Source: an uncultured delta proteobacterium
Lineage (GTDB): Bacteria > Desulfobacterota > Desulfomonilia > Desulfomonilales > Desulfomonilaceae
Reading direction: 5' to 3'
NCBI GenBank assembly: GCA_963789265.1
Contig: CAWBKB010000004.1
Coordinates: forward strand, 224,001-288,000
DNA length: 64,000 bases
Shown: piece after piece, positions 20,899-29,384 of the stretch
Position numbering within the stretch: the first letter of the stretch is position 1
How the letters are laid out: each line of letters starts with the position of its first letter
Notes under the pieces: model-generated
Told to the model about the DNA's origin: nothing
Databases searched by the model: none
What the model saw: only the letters and a program-made list of their open reading frames with translations
Translations under genes and position numbers: made by a program

Positions 20899-21579
20899 CT
20901 ACGTGCCGTGAATCTCACACGTGGCACAATCAATGGAAGCTAGTTGCTGACATAGTTTTGCTCCGGTCATGGCATCGGGTGCCCAATAATCCGATCCCAC
21001 ATATTTGCAGACTTTTTCATTAGTCAACCCGCCCCCGATAATCGTGGGCACAGGAGGCCTGCCTCGTTGCGTATCTTCATGTAATAAGGTGATGGTTTCA
21101 CGCATCGTATCGTACGATACGGTCAACAGCCCTGAAATACCAACAGCGTGTGGCGAGCATTCTCGTGTGGCCTTCAAGAAATCTCCAGGCGACACATCTA
21201 CACCAAGATCGATCAGCTCAAAGCCGTGGCACCGCAGAATCACCCCGAAGAGGTTTTTGCCAATGTCGTGGATGTCTCCTTGAACCGTCCCCAATACTAC
21301 CCGCCCGGACGCTTTTACGTGAATACTATTCTCAAGAATGCGTTGCAACATTTCGGAGACCTGGCGCATTATCTCCCCTGCCATCATAAGCCCGGAAAGA
21401 TAATAACGACCCTGCTCGTAATTGGCTCCGACGTAGCCTAGGGCTTGCTGGCAGCTTTCTAGAATGCTCAAAGGCGGTTCTTCTTTTTCCAGTAGACGCT
21501 GAACCTCTTTCAGCACTTCCTGCTCGTTCAAGTCCGTGAGGAGAGTAATCAACTCTAGATGCCGGAGATCCGGATTCAT
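20899..21579 (-). CDS. Corrinoid (cobalamin-binding) protein, downstream of the GntR regulator
   Basis: Helical cap plus GTVQGDIHDIGKNL (DxHxxG), DLGVDV, SGLL, IIGGG. Confidence 0.9.
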   Translation of the reverse strand: MNPDLRHLELITLLTDLNEQEVLKEVQRLLEKEEPPLSILESCQQALGYVGANYEQGRYYLSGLMMAGEIMRQVSEMLQRILENSIHVKASGRVVLGTVQGDIHDIGKNLFGVILRCHGFELIDLGVDVSPGDFLKATRECSPHAVGISGLLTVSYDTMRETITLLHEDTQRGRPPVPTIIGGGLTNEKVCKYVGSDYWAPDAMTGAKLCQQLASIDCATCEIHGT

Positions 21580-21612
21580 AGTACGACCTCTGTATTCGTC
21601 TGAAAACCGGCC

Positions 21613-22380
21613 CTAATCCCAGATACCCACTTTGGCTGAAAAATTCAGCCTATCTGAGGAACAGATGAAATAGCCGAAGCTAACGGGCTGGTTGTTGAAA
21701 TCGAAAAACGTGTGCTCCAGGCGAAACGCGGGAGTCGCCGGCTGAACTCGCAACAGCGATGCGTCTTCCTCATTCAGCAAAATGGATCTGATTACCAACA
21801 GGCCTTTCTTGATATCGGTCTCTCCTGTGCCGCTGAAAAGACCATGGAGAGAAGTCACGTCCATTTCTGCTTCCATGATAGGACGCATAGGGTCGTATAT
21901 CAGGTGTTCTTCATGACAGAGAATGGGGTCGTCGTTTCTTAGCAGTAGACGGCGAATATAGATTACCCTTGTGCCAGGCGGAATCGCCATCGCGTGAGCG
22001 ACGTTTTCCGAAGCAGGTACAATTCGCGTTCTGAGAAGTTTAACCTTCGAATGTTTTTTGTCCCGAAATAGGTTCTGTAACTCATCCAAAGCGAACGTGG
22101 AGCTTCCTAACTCCAAACCTTTGACAAATGTTCCGCGTCCTTGGACTGTGGTCACAAGGCCCTGATCCAAAAGCATGTTTACGGCCCGACGGACCGTCAT
22201 GGGACTGACTGCGTAACGGCTACAGATGGCCGCTTCCGATGGGAGTTGGTCCCCAGGTCGGTACTGCCCGGACGATATTTGCTGCCTCAAGAGCTTCACA
22301 AGCTGGGCATACGCGGGTTCGTATGAATCTCGATTTATGGTCTGCGGTGTTTCCATCAATTCAATTGCGTCCTTCACCAT
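21613..22380 (-). CDS. GntR/HutC-family regulator with UTRA domain
   Basis: PAYAQL, LPSE, VSPMTVRRA, QGRGTFV wHTH plus UTRA-like C-terminus; start may be 22356. Confidence 0.9.
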   Translation of the reverse strand: MVKDAIELMETPQTINRDSYEPAYAQLVKLLRQQISSGQYRPGDQLPSEAAICSRYAVSPMTVRRAVNMLLDQGLVTTVQGRGTFVKGLELGSSTFALDELQNLFRDKKHSKVKLLRTRIVPASENVAHAMAIPPGTRVIYIRRLLLRNDDPILCHEEHLIYDPMRPIMEAEMDVTSLHGLFSGTGETDIKKGLLVIRSILLNEEDASLLRVQPATPAFRLEHTFFDFNNQPVSFGYFICSSDRLNFSAKVGIWD

Positions 22381-22390
22381 CAACGTCGAT

Positions 22391-22411
22391 CTCTATATAT
22401 CTATATAAGAC
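22391..22411. promoter_or_regulatory. Putative GntR operator over the gntR promoter
   Basis: CTCTATATATCTATATAAGAC; similar sequence at 22588-22609; TTGACC/TTGACT lies upstream on the minus strand. Confidence 0.55.
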
Positions 22412-22571
22412 GACTGTCCAGGGTCAAGTCAAATGGCCCATAATCCGCATTCGCTAGTCCATAGGCGCAGGTTCGACCTGCCTCTGGGGTGGATGATGGC
22501 GCATAAGGTGCCGACGGTTTTCGGGGATTCCTATGGCGGACCCAAAAACTGGGCGTCACCCATCTTTTTGC

Positions 22572-22609
22572 TTGACTCAGGCGTCACCTCTATATATAAC
22601 TATATAACT
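22572..22609 (+). promoter_or_regulatory. Sigma70-like promoter of the methyltransferase operon with overlapping putative operator
   Basis: TTGACT-N17-TATAAC; CTCTATATATAACTATATAAC overlaps the -10 box. Confidence 0.65.
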
Positions 22610-22682
22610 GTATATCATGAGTAGTCGAGCGGCTCGAGCCCCTAGAGGAGTTTGCAAGGATTACGGAGGAGCAGGTTTTGTA

Positions 22683-23282
22683 ATGCACCTAATTGTAGTC
22701 ACCGGATTTCTCGGGTCAGGCAAAACCACCTTCATAGTGAAACTTGCCAAGATTGCTATGGAAAAGGGCTTGAAAGTTGCCATAATAGTTAACGAATTAG
22801 GCGAAATCGGCATTGACGACCAATTCATGAAAGAGCTTGGATTCAATGTCCGGGAAATTCTCGGGGGCTGCATTTGCTGCACGCTTGTCGGCGATTTGGT
22901 CCAAACCATCAATAAACTTCAGGCCGATTATTCACCGGATGTCGTCATTGTTGAACCCTCCGGAGCGGCCGATCCAAGAAACATTGTCGGTGCGCTCAGC
23001 ATGAATCCAATTGAGTCCCTAAGAAGTAAACGCCAGATTGCTTTGCTCGACCCGCTGCGTATGGAAATGCTGATAACCGTGGTGGAGCCACTGATCGTTT
23101 CGACGATTAGGCAAGCCGACCTGGTACTCATCAACAAGGCCGATACAGCGACCGCCGAGCAGATCGAATACACCCGACGTGTGGTTGATCAAGCCCATCC
23201 GGATGCCAGGGTCATGGTCATTTCTGCAAAGAATGATCCAGAGCCGCAGGTTTGGTCGGAGATTTCGTCATGCATGGGATGA
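22683..23282 (+). CDS. CobW/P47K (G3E) family GTPase
   Basis: GFLGSGKTT, VNELGEIGID, GGCICC, VEPSG, NKAD. Confidence 0.9.
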   Translation: MHLIVVTGFLGSGKTTFIVKLAKIAMEKGLKVAIIVNELGEIGIDDQFMKELGFNVREILGGCICCTLVGDLVQTINKLQADYSPDVVIVEPSGAADPRNIVGALSMNPIESLRSKRQIALLDPLRMEMLITVVEPLIVSTIRQADLVLINKADTATAEQIEYTRRVVDQAHPDARVMVISAKNDPEPQVWSEISSCMG

Positions 23283-23701
23283 TGCTTGAACCACTAGCCA
23301 TCCATATCCGCTTTGCGCTCTCTGCTCCAAAGCGGATTCAAGAATGGACTGAAATCTTAAAGCGTTTCCTGGAAACTTTGGCCGAGCTTTGCCACAAATC
23401 GGAGCCATGCATGATAGGCCATATTAAAGGGTTAGCACTTTTGGGTGGTAATCGGTACATGCGTGGAAGCGTCATCAGCCCCTCGTTACCCGCTCAAGTG
23501 GAAACGAATGTTTCAGAGGACCTTATCGAGTTGCCTCTAACGCTGAATATGTTGGTTTATGGACTGTCGCGAAGAAGCCTTGAGCGCAATGTAGAAAGGG
23601 CGGCCGTACAACTTGGAACGGCTTGGAGTGGAACGATTACGGTTGAACCCATCTCGGCGACAAATCACGGGGATAAGCCCGCCCCGCACCACGAACATTA
23701 A
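23279..23701 (+). CDS. Hypothetical protein, probable CobW partner (CMIGHIKG motif, His-rich end)
   Basis: ATGA overlap with the CobW stop; ends PHHEH. Confidence 0.7.
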   Translation: MMLEPLAIHIRFALSAPKRIQEWTEILKRFLETLAELCHKSEPCMIGHIKGLALLGGNRYMRGSVISPSLPAQVETNVSEDLIELPLTLNMLVYGLSRRSLERNVERAAVQLGTAWSGTITVEPISATNHGDKPAPHHEH

Positions 23702-24413
23702 ATGAAACCCTCCCGAACAAAAGTAATTGCCTGTGAAGTCTTGATAAATGAGATGCTGGACTTTATGCCGCCAGACATGGAGCACGAGGCTCTCGACGTG
23801 GGTCTCCACGTCAACCCGCAGTCATTGAAACGAGCATTGAGGGAATCGATCGAAAATTCGGCCGATACTTTCGATACGATCATCCTTGGTTACGGTCTGT
23901 GCTCCAGGGCAGTGGAAGGTTTGGGTTCCTCCAGCAGCACACTGGTGGTCCCCAGGGTAGACGATTGTATAGGGATACTCTTAGGTTCCCGGGAGGCGCA
24001 CAGGTCCGAAACGCTCCGGGAGCCCGGAACCTATTATCTCAGCCGGGGCTGGATAGATACCGGCAAGCACCTCTTCGAAGAGGTACGATTACATGGAAGA
24101 ACGCTTTGGTCCTAGTAAAGCCCGGAGTTTGATGGAGACGATGCTGAAGCATTACACACGCCTGGCATTTGTGAAGACGGGCCAAGAAGGGGATCTTGAT
24201 CGGTACCTGGATTATTGTCACAGGACAGCTCAGCGATTTGGGTTGCGTTCGGAGGAGATTACCGGGTCCCTGGCTTTGGTGAAGAAGATGATTTTTGGTC
24301 CATGGGATGAAGAGTTCGTCACGGTTCGTCCCGGCCAGGAAATACCGTATGAGGAATGGCTGCGGGATCCAAATCCGGCTCTGGAGCCGATATCAAGGGT
24401 CGCCCTCAAATGA
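23702..24413 (+). CDS. DUF1638-like protein, +1 frameshift at about 24082
   Basis: IACEV, GLHVNP, LGYGLCS, DDCIGILLGS, YYLSRGW, continuing as YMEERFG...YTRLAFV in the next frame. Confidence 0.82.
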
Positions 24414-24546
24414 GGAGAGATGCGACTTCTCCGCGCCTTATGCAGCCGCGGTACGAAATACGATGGGGACCGTCAGGGAATTACCGCAAGAACTCCCCGG
24501 CTCTTCGCGGGAAGAGGGGGGCAACATGGAGAGAAAGGAGGCAAGC

Positions 24547-25167
24547 ATGGGCAAATCACTGACAGAGCTGATAGGCGACCTCGAGGAAACCGCAGCTCTT
24601 GCCACAGTGCGGCAACAACTGAAAGATGGGACAGCTCCTCTTACGATCTTGAAAGATTGTCAGGCAGGCATGGTGGAGGTGGGGAAAAAGTTCGAAATGG
24701 GACAATACTTCATTTCCGATCTCATGATGTCCGGTGAAATCTTCAAGCAAATCCGGGAGATCCTTGCTCCGGAAATGAAAGAGGCCTCGGGGCTGTCCGC
24801 GGGAAAAGTTGTCATAGGCACGGTGGCCGGGGACATCCACGACATCGGGAAGGACCTGGTAGTGGGAATGCTCCGATCCGCTAACTACGAAGTGACCGAC
24901 TTAGGGGTGGACGTTCCGGCTGAGAGGTTCGTGCAGGCAGTAAAAGAAACTGGAGCCACCGTTGTTGGTCTATCCTGTTTGCTGACAATCGCTTTTGATT
25001 CAATGAAGACAACCATAGAAGCTTTGGATAAGGCAGGACTGCGATCCAAAGTGAAGGTGATGGTGGGCGGTGGCCCCATGGACGAGAAAGCCTGTTCATA
25101 CACCGGCGCCGATGCCTGGGGAAATGACGCCAATGCGGCGGTCAACTTTTGCAAGGAGTGGATATGA
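24547..25167 (+). CDS. Corrinoid protein of a methyltransferase system (MtaC-like)
   Basis: GTVAGDIHDIGKDLV, DLGVDV, VMVGGG; AAGGAGG before ATG 24547. Confidence 0.92.
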   Translation: MGKSLTELIGDLEETAALATVRQQLKDGTAPLTILKDCQAGMVEVGKKFEMGQYFISDLMMSGEIFKQIREILAPEMKEASGLSAGKVVIGTVAGDIHDIGKDLVVGMLRSANYEVTDLGVDVPAERFVQAVKETGATVVGLSCLLTIAFDSMKTTIEALDKAGLRSKVKVMVGGGPMDEKACSYTGADAWGNDANAAVNFCKEWI

Positions 25168-26306
25168 GCACAGACAAGGAAAAGCTGTATCAGGAAAGGT
25201 TGAACCGCGTGACAAAAGCGCTCAACCTTGAGCCGGTTGATTGTATTCCTTCGCTCTACATGGCCACAGCATTTTCCCCACGTTATATGGGCATGACTCA
25301 GGCCGAGTTTTGTACCAATCCTGATGGTGCAGTCGATGTGACTATAGCGGCCATGGAGCGCTTGGGGGACGTTGATGGCATCAACCTGATGCCGTCTGGC
25401 TACCATCCCATCAACCTGAGCCATATTTGGCTCTCGAAAGTGCTTATCCCAGGGCAAGACCTGCCGGAAGACGCTTTGTGGCAGGTCGTCGAAAAAGAAA
25501 TCCTGAGTGTTGAAGATTATGACTTCATTATCGACAAGGGGTGGGAAGCACTGAAAGAGAAAACTATTCCAGTGGTTGTGGACATGAACATGAATAAGGC
25601 CCATTGGGACTGGGTTCTCTCAAGTTTTTCGGGAGTCGTTCCGAAATTCCGCAAAGCTGGGTATGTCGTTGCTGTGTGCGGAATCACGACCGTTCCTTTC
25701 GAGCTTCTCTGTGGCGGTCGTTCCATGCCTAAATTCTTTTTGGATCTGTACCGAATTCCCGACAAAGTGAAAGCGGCTATGGACGTGATGCTTCCCGCCA
25801 TGATCGAGCAGGGAATTATGGCCTCGAAACTTGGGGGGGGGCCCACGGTGTGGGTTGGCGGTTGGCGAACCGCCAGCGCTCTGCTTGCCCCCAAGATATG
25901 GGACAAGCTTGTGTTTCCCTATTATCATGAGATCGTACTCAAATTAGCTGATAACGGCATTACCTCCGTGCTGCATTGGGATCAGGACTGGACGCGCGAC
26001 CTGGGACGCCTTCTGGAACTGCCGGCCAAAAAATTCGCATTGAATCCCGATGGGATGACCGACATCCGCAAAGCTAAAGAGATCCTGCGAGACCATGCGG
26101 CTATTATCGGGGATGTCCCCTCGTCTCTGTTCGCAGCAGGTACTCCGGAGGACATTCGCGATTACGTACGTGACCTCGTGCGCGACGTCGGGCCTGACGG
26201 GCTGATTCTCTGCCCAGGTTGTGATGCGCCTATCAACACGAAACCGGAGAACATGGAAGCTTTTGTCAGTGCCAGTCGTGAATTTGGGACTTTGGTTGGT
26301 CAGTAG
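25164..26306 (+). CDS. Uroporphyrinogen-decarboxylase-fold corrinoid methyltransferase (MtaA/CmuA-like)
   Basis: VLHWDQDW, IIGDVP, GLILCPGCD; located between a corrinoid protein and a pterin methyltransferase. Confidence 0.85.
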   Translation: MSTDKEKLYQERLNRVTKALNLEPVDCIPSLYMATAFSPRYMGMTQAEFCTNPDGAVDVTIAAMERLGDVDGINLMPSGYHPINLSHIWLSKVLIPGQDLPEDALWQVVEKEILSVEDYDFIIDKGWEALKEKTIPVVVDMNMNKAHWDWVLSSFSGVVPKFRKAGYVVAVCGITTVPFELLCGGRSMPKFFLDLYRIPDKVKAAMDVMLPAMIEQGIMASKLGGGPTVWVGGWRTASALLAPKIWDKLVFPYYHEIVLKLADNGITSVLHWDQDWTRDLGRLLELPAKKFALNPDGMTDIRKAKEILRDHAAIIGDVPSSLFAAGTPEDIRDYVRDLVRDVGPDGLILCPGCDAPINTKPENMEAFVSASREFGTLVGQ

Positions 26307-26414
26307 GGCTTCGAAACAAGAATATTCGTTTCTGGTTCGTCGTGAGCGGGGCCGATCACCTAGTAGGTTTGCGGTGGTCGGCCTTGTGTATCTTTTTTCA
26401 AAGGAAGCAGTCAA

Positions 26415-27218
26415 ATGCAAATCATCGGGGAGAAGATTAACGGAACACGAAAACAGGTGAGAGAGGCGATCGTCAGCGGGGACGCAGGCTTCATCAGAGA
26501 CTTGGCCTTGAGTCAGGTGCAAGCTGGAGCGGATCTTTTGGATGTGAACGCCGGAACAGCCCCGGACCGGGAGCTTGATGACCTACTGTGGCTGGTCAGG
26601 ACTGTGCAAGAAGCTGTTGATGTTCCGTTATGCTTGGACAGTCCCAATTCAGGGGCCCTAACCGTTGCTGTATCTGAAGTGAATCATCCACCCATGATCA
26701 ACTCAGTCAATGGCGATCACGAAAAACTGGCGAACATTATTCCTCTTGTCAGCAAGCACGGATGCACCGTAATAGCCTTGGCTCTTGACGAAAGAGGAAT
26801 GCCCAAAGGTGTCCAGGACCGGATGACCGTGATCAGAAGAGTGTTTGAGACCACAAGGGCAGCCGGGATTCAAGACGAGAGAGTGTACGTTGACCCTTTG
26901 ATCATGACCATTGCGACCGACAGTCACGCGGGTATAACCGTTTTGGAAACTATGCGGTCAGTTCGTGCCGAATTTCCTGACGCGCACATTACCGGTGGAT
27001 TCAGTAACATCTCATTTGGGCTACCCGGTCGGACCCTCATCAATCGCACTTTCCTTGCATTGGTCCTCGAGGCGGGAATGGACTCCGCCATAATAGACCC
27101 CACGGACGAGCAGTTTTACGAAGCGCTTCTCACAACCGAGCTATTGCTGGGCCGAGACCGATTCTGCCGGAACTACACTCAGGCACACCGCTCTGGACGC
27201 ATTGGACAAAGAAGGTGA
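26415..27218 (+). CDS. Methyltetrahydrofolate:corrinoid methyltransferase (AcsE-like pterin-binding)
   Basis: IIGEKINGT, LDVNAG, LCLDS, INSV, VDP, SNISFGLP, SAIIDP. Confidence 0.9.
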   Translation: MQIIGEKINGTRKQVREAIVSGDAGFIRDLALSQVQAGADLLDVNAGTAPDRELDDLLWLVRTVQEAVDVPLCLDSPNSGALTVAVSEVNHPPMINSVNGDHEKLANIIPLVSKHGCTVIALALDERGMPKGVQDRMTVIRRVFETTRAAGIQDERVYVDPLIMTIATDSHAGITVLETMRSVRAEFPDAHITGGFSNISFGLPGRTLINRTFLALVLEAGMDSAIIDPTDEQFYEALLTTELLLGRDRFCRNYTQAHRSGRIGQRR

Positions 27219-27461
27219 TTCCGAACCGCCGCTGCGCGAGGATCGGGCTCTAAGGACCAGGTCTTTTCAAATTGTGGGAGCAGCTATCGCACACTCCGGC
27301 ACTAGTCGACGAGAAAGAGTCAATGGTTAGTTGCAATATGGTCCCTAATAGATTGCCGCTTACAAGATTCCTGCCTCAAATCCTGTCTTGATTCAACTTG
27401 CCATTTTCAGGCATTATGATACGCGCTCCGGGGAAATCGACCCTACCAGGAGAAGTTCAAG

Positions 27462-27905
27462 ATGTCTCTTTTCTACATTGTGCTCGCTTTCGTTGCCGGA
27501 GCTTGTGCCCCCGCTCAAGCTGGAATTAATTCCGAATTGCGTTTGTGGACAAATGACCCTGTCTTTGCAGCCATGATTTCATTCGCAGTGGGCACTGTCG
27601 CACTTTTGTGTTACGTGCTTTTTCTCCGGATTCCCTGGCCGGCATTAAAGGTCGGCTTCGCTTCGCCGTGGTGGATATGGACAGGAGGCTTCCTGGGCGC
27701 CTTCCTGGTTTCAGCGTCAATAATTCTCGTCCCCAAGCTAGGGGCCGCCACGATGTTGGGCATCATGGTAGCGGGCCAGATGGTAGCGGGTGTCGTACTG
27801 GATAATTTTGGTCTCGTGGGCTACGAGGTGCACCCTGCAAACCTTTGGCGCTGTTTAGGGGCACTTTTGGTAGTTGGGGGCGTCATAATAATCAAAAGAT
27901 TTTAG
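27462..27905 (+). CDS. DMT-superfamily small transporter (YdcZ/DUF606-like)
   Basis: QAGINSEL, PWWIWTGGFLGA, GQM...DNFG. Confidence 0.88.
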   Translation: MSLFYIVLAFVAGACAPAQAGINSELRLWTNDPVFAAMISFAVGTVALLCYVLFLRIPWPALKVGFASPWWIWTGGFLGAFLVSASIILVPKLGAATMLGIMVAGQMVAGVVLDNFGLVGYEVHPANLWRCLGALLVVGGVIIIKRF

Positions 27906-28072
27906 CAGGCGAACTCTCATGGTGCATGTACGCCGTAGCTCGCGGCGGAAGATTACGGATTTTGCAACTTTCCGATGCTTTGAAATCTTGGCTCGGCCGG
28001 AGCAGTGTTGACCGATCGCAACGCCTGACTATATTAAAATAAGTAGGTGAAACGCTTCCGTGGAGGTTTACC

Positions 28073-28189
28073 ATGAAAGCCCGAAAAGAATGCTGCTGCA
28101 TAGGAAGCTTTTGCAGGAAATTGAATGACGAATCAGATTGTGTGAAGGCCGGCGGGAAAGTTGTGAAAGATTGTTCAGAATGCAAGTAA
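28073..28189 (+). CDS. Small Cys-rich peptide, metallothionein-like (38 aa)
   Basis: GGAGG-N6-ATG; MKARKECCCIGSFCRKLNDESDCVKAGGKVVKDCSECK*; followed by a terminator-like hairpin. Confidence 0.65.
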   Translation: MKARKECCCIGSFCRKLNDESDCVKAGGKVVKDCSECK

Positions 28190-28210
28190 TCCGGGTAGAA
28201 GAAGCTTCAT

Positions 28211-28256
28211 CGGCGTCAGGGTTCGCACGTGGGTCAGCCTTGGCGCCGTTTTGTTT
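28211..28256 (+). terminator. Putative intrinsic terminator
   Basis: CGGCGTCAGG...CCTTGGCGCCG followed by TTTTGTTT. Confidence 0.5.
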
Positions 28257-28440
28257 CCGAGAAGTCCCCGCGGTATCCTTGGCTTGATAAAACTCCTCTC
28301 GTGAAATATCCTGTAACTAAATTAGCGAACCGGGCAATTGGCGCGATGTGAATCGCACAAGTACCGGTATTTGATATTGTGAACATGACTAATTGCAAAT
28401 TGAGGCAAATGCTTCATTAGCCTGAAAGGGGAGTCAAACC

Positions 28441-29181
28441 ATGCGCGAGAAAGAGATTCGCCTCACAGCCCGTAGAGATTTTCTGGCAAAGACCGGCCTC
28501 ATAGTCACCGGAGCCGTCCTTTCTTTTCCGGTCCCTGTTCTGGCCAAAAAGGGACAACTCGAACCTGAAAAGGGTAAGAAACAAGAGGCTGAAGAGGTTT
28601 CTCCGCCGGAAGATCTGATGCGGGAGCATGGCGTCCTTCGACGAATCTTGCTCATCTACGATGACATTCAAGGGCGAGTGAATAGCGGAAAAGAATTTTC
28701 TCCCGATGTACTTGGAGCCGTGGCAGGCATAATCAAGAAGTTCATTGAAGACTATCATGAGAAACTCGAAGAAGATTACCTGTTCCCACGATTTCGGAAA
28801 GCAGGAAAATTGGTGGATCTTGTGAAGGTGCTTTTGGAACAGCATCATGCAGGCCGGCGCTTGACAGCACGGATCAAGGAATTAGCCGCAGCCGGCAAAC
28901 CGAGCAAGGAATTGGGCGAAAGTCTTCACCTATTTGCAAGGATGTATCGCCCTCACGCAGCCCGCGAAGACACGGTCTTGTTTCCAGCCCTGCACAACAT
29001 TGTCTCCGCGGAAGAATTCAATTACCTCGGAGAAGAGTTCGAGGACAAGGAGCATGCCCTGTTCGGTAAGCAAGGGTTCGAAGGCGTCGTCGTCGAGGTG
29101 GCAAAACTCGAAAAAACACTCGGGCTGTACGATCTAACTCAATTTACTCCACCGGGCAAGTCTCCGAGCAAATCTTCGTAA
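28441..29181 (+). CDS. Hemerythrin-like (HHE) protein with Tat signal peptide
   Basis: ARRDFLAK twin-arginine motif; LMREHG, YHEKLEEDYLFP, EQHH, HAAREDTVLFP. Confidence 0.88.
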   Translation: MREKEIRLTARRDFLAKTGLIVTGAVLSFPVPVLAKKGQLEPEKGKKQEAEEVSPPEDLMREHGVLRRILLIYDDIQGRVNSGKEFSPDVLGAVAGIIKKFIEDYHEKLEEDYLFPRFRKAGKLVDLVKVLLEQHHAGRRLTARIKELAAAGKPSKELGESLHLFARMYRPHAAREDTVLFPALHNIVSAEEFNYLGEEFEDKEHALFGKQGFEGVVVEVAKLEKTLGLYDLTQFTPPGKSPSKSS

Positions 29182-29253
29182 CTGGATAGCGCTTCTAAAA
29201 GATGTTCTTATTTGCCTTGACCTCGAACAGTCGAGAAGGATATTCTCCGCTCT

Positions 29254-29300
29254 CATAGCTTGATGTTAGCCAGCATACGTACAGGTAACATCAAGCTATG
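29254..29300. repeat. Perfect 15-bp inverted repeat upstream of the APC permease
   Basis: CATAGCTTGATGTTA-N17-TAACATCAAGCTATG. Confidence 0.8.
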
Positions 29301-29384
29301 TGGACCTGACGCAGTGCCAAGCGCACAGCACAATACCTTCAAAATCATCGGGGTGGATACGTCTGTAGGGGTAAAATCGGTTAA

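Noticed and set aside
20580..22680. Cobalamin riboswitch near the corrinoid genes
   Set aside because: No B12-box or core consensus recognisable by eye in the intergenic segments; an Rfam scan would be needed to exclude it.
23270..23300. Sec read-through at the CobW TGA (SSCMG*)
   Set aside because: The frame closes within five codons and the TGA is explained by ATGA coupling to the next gene.
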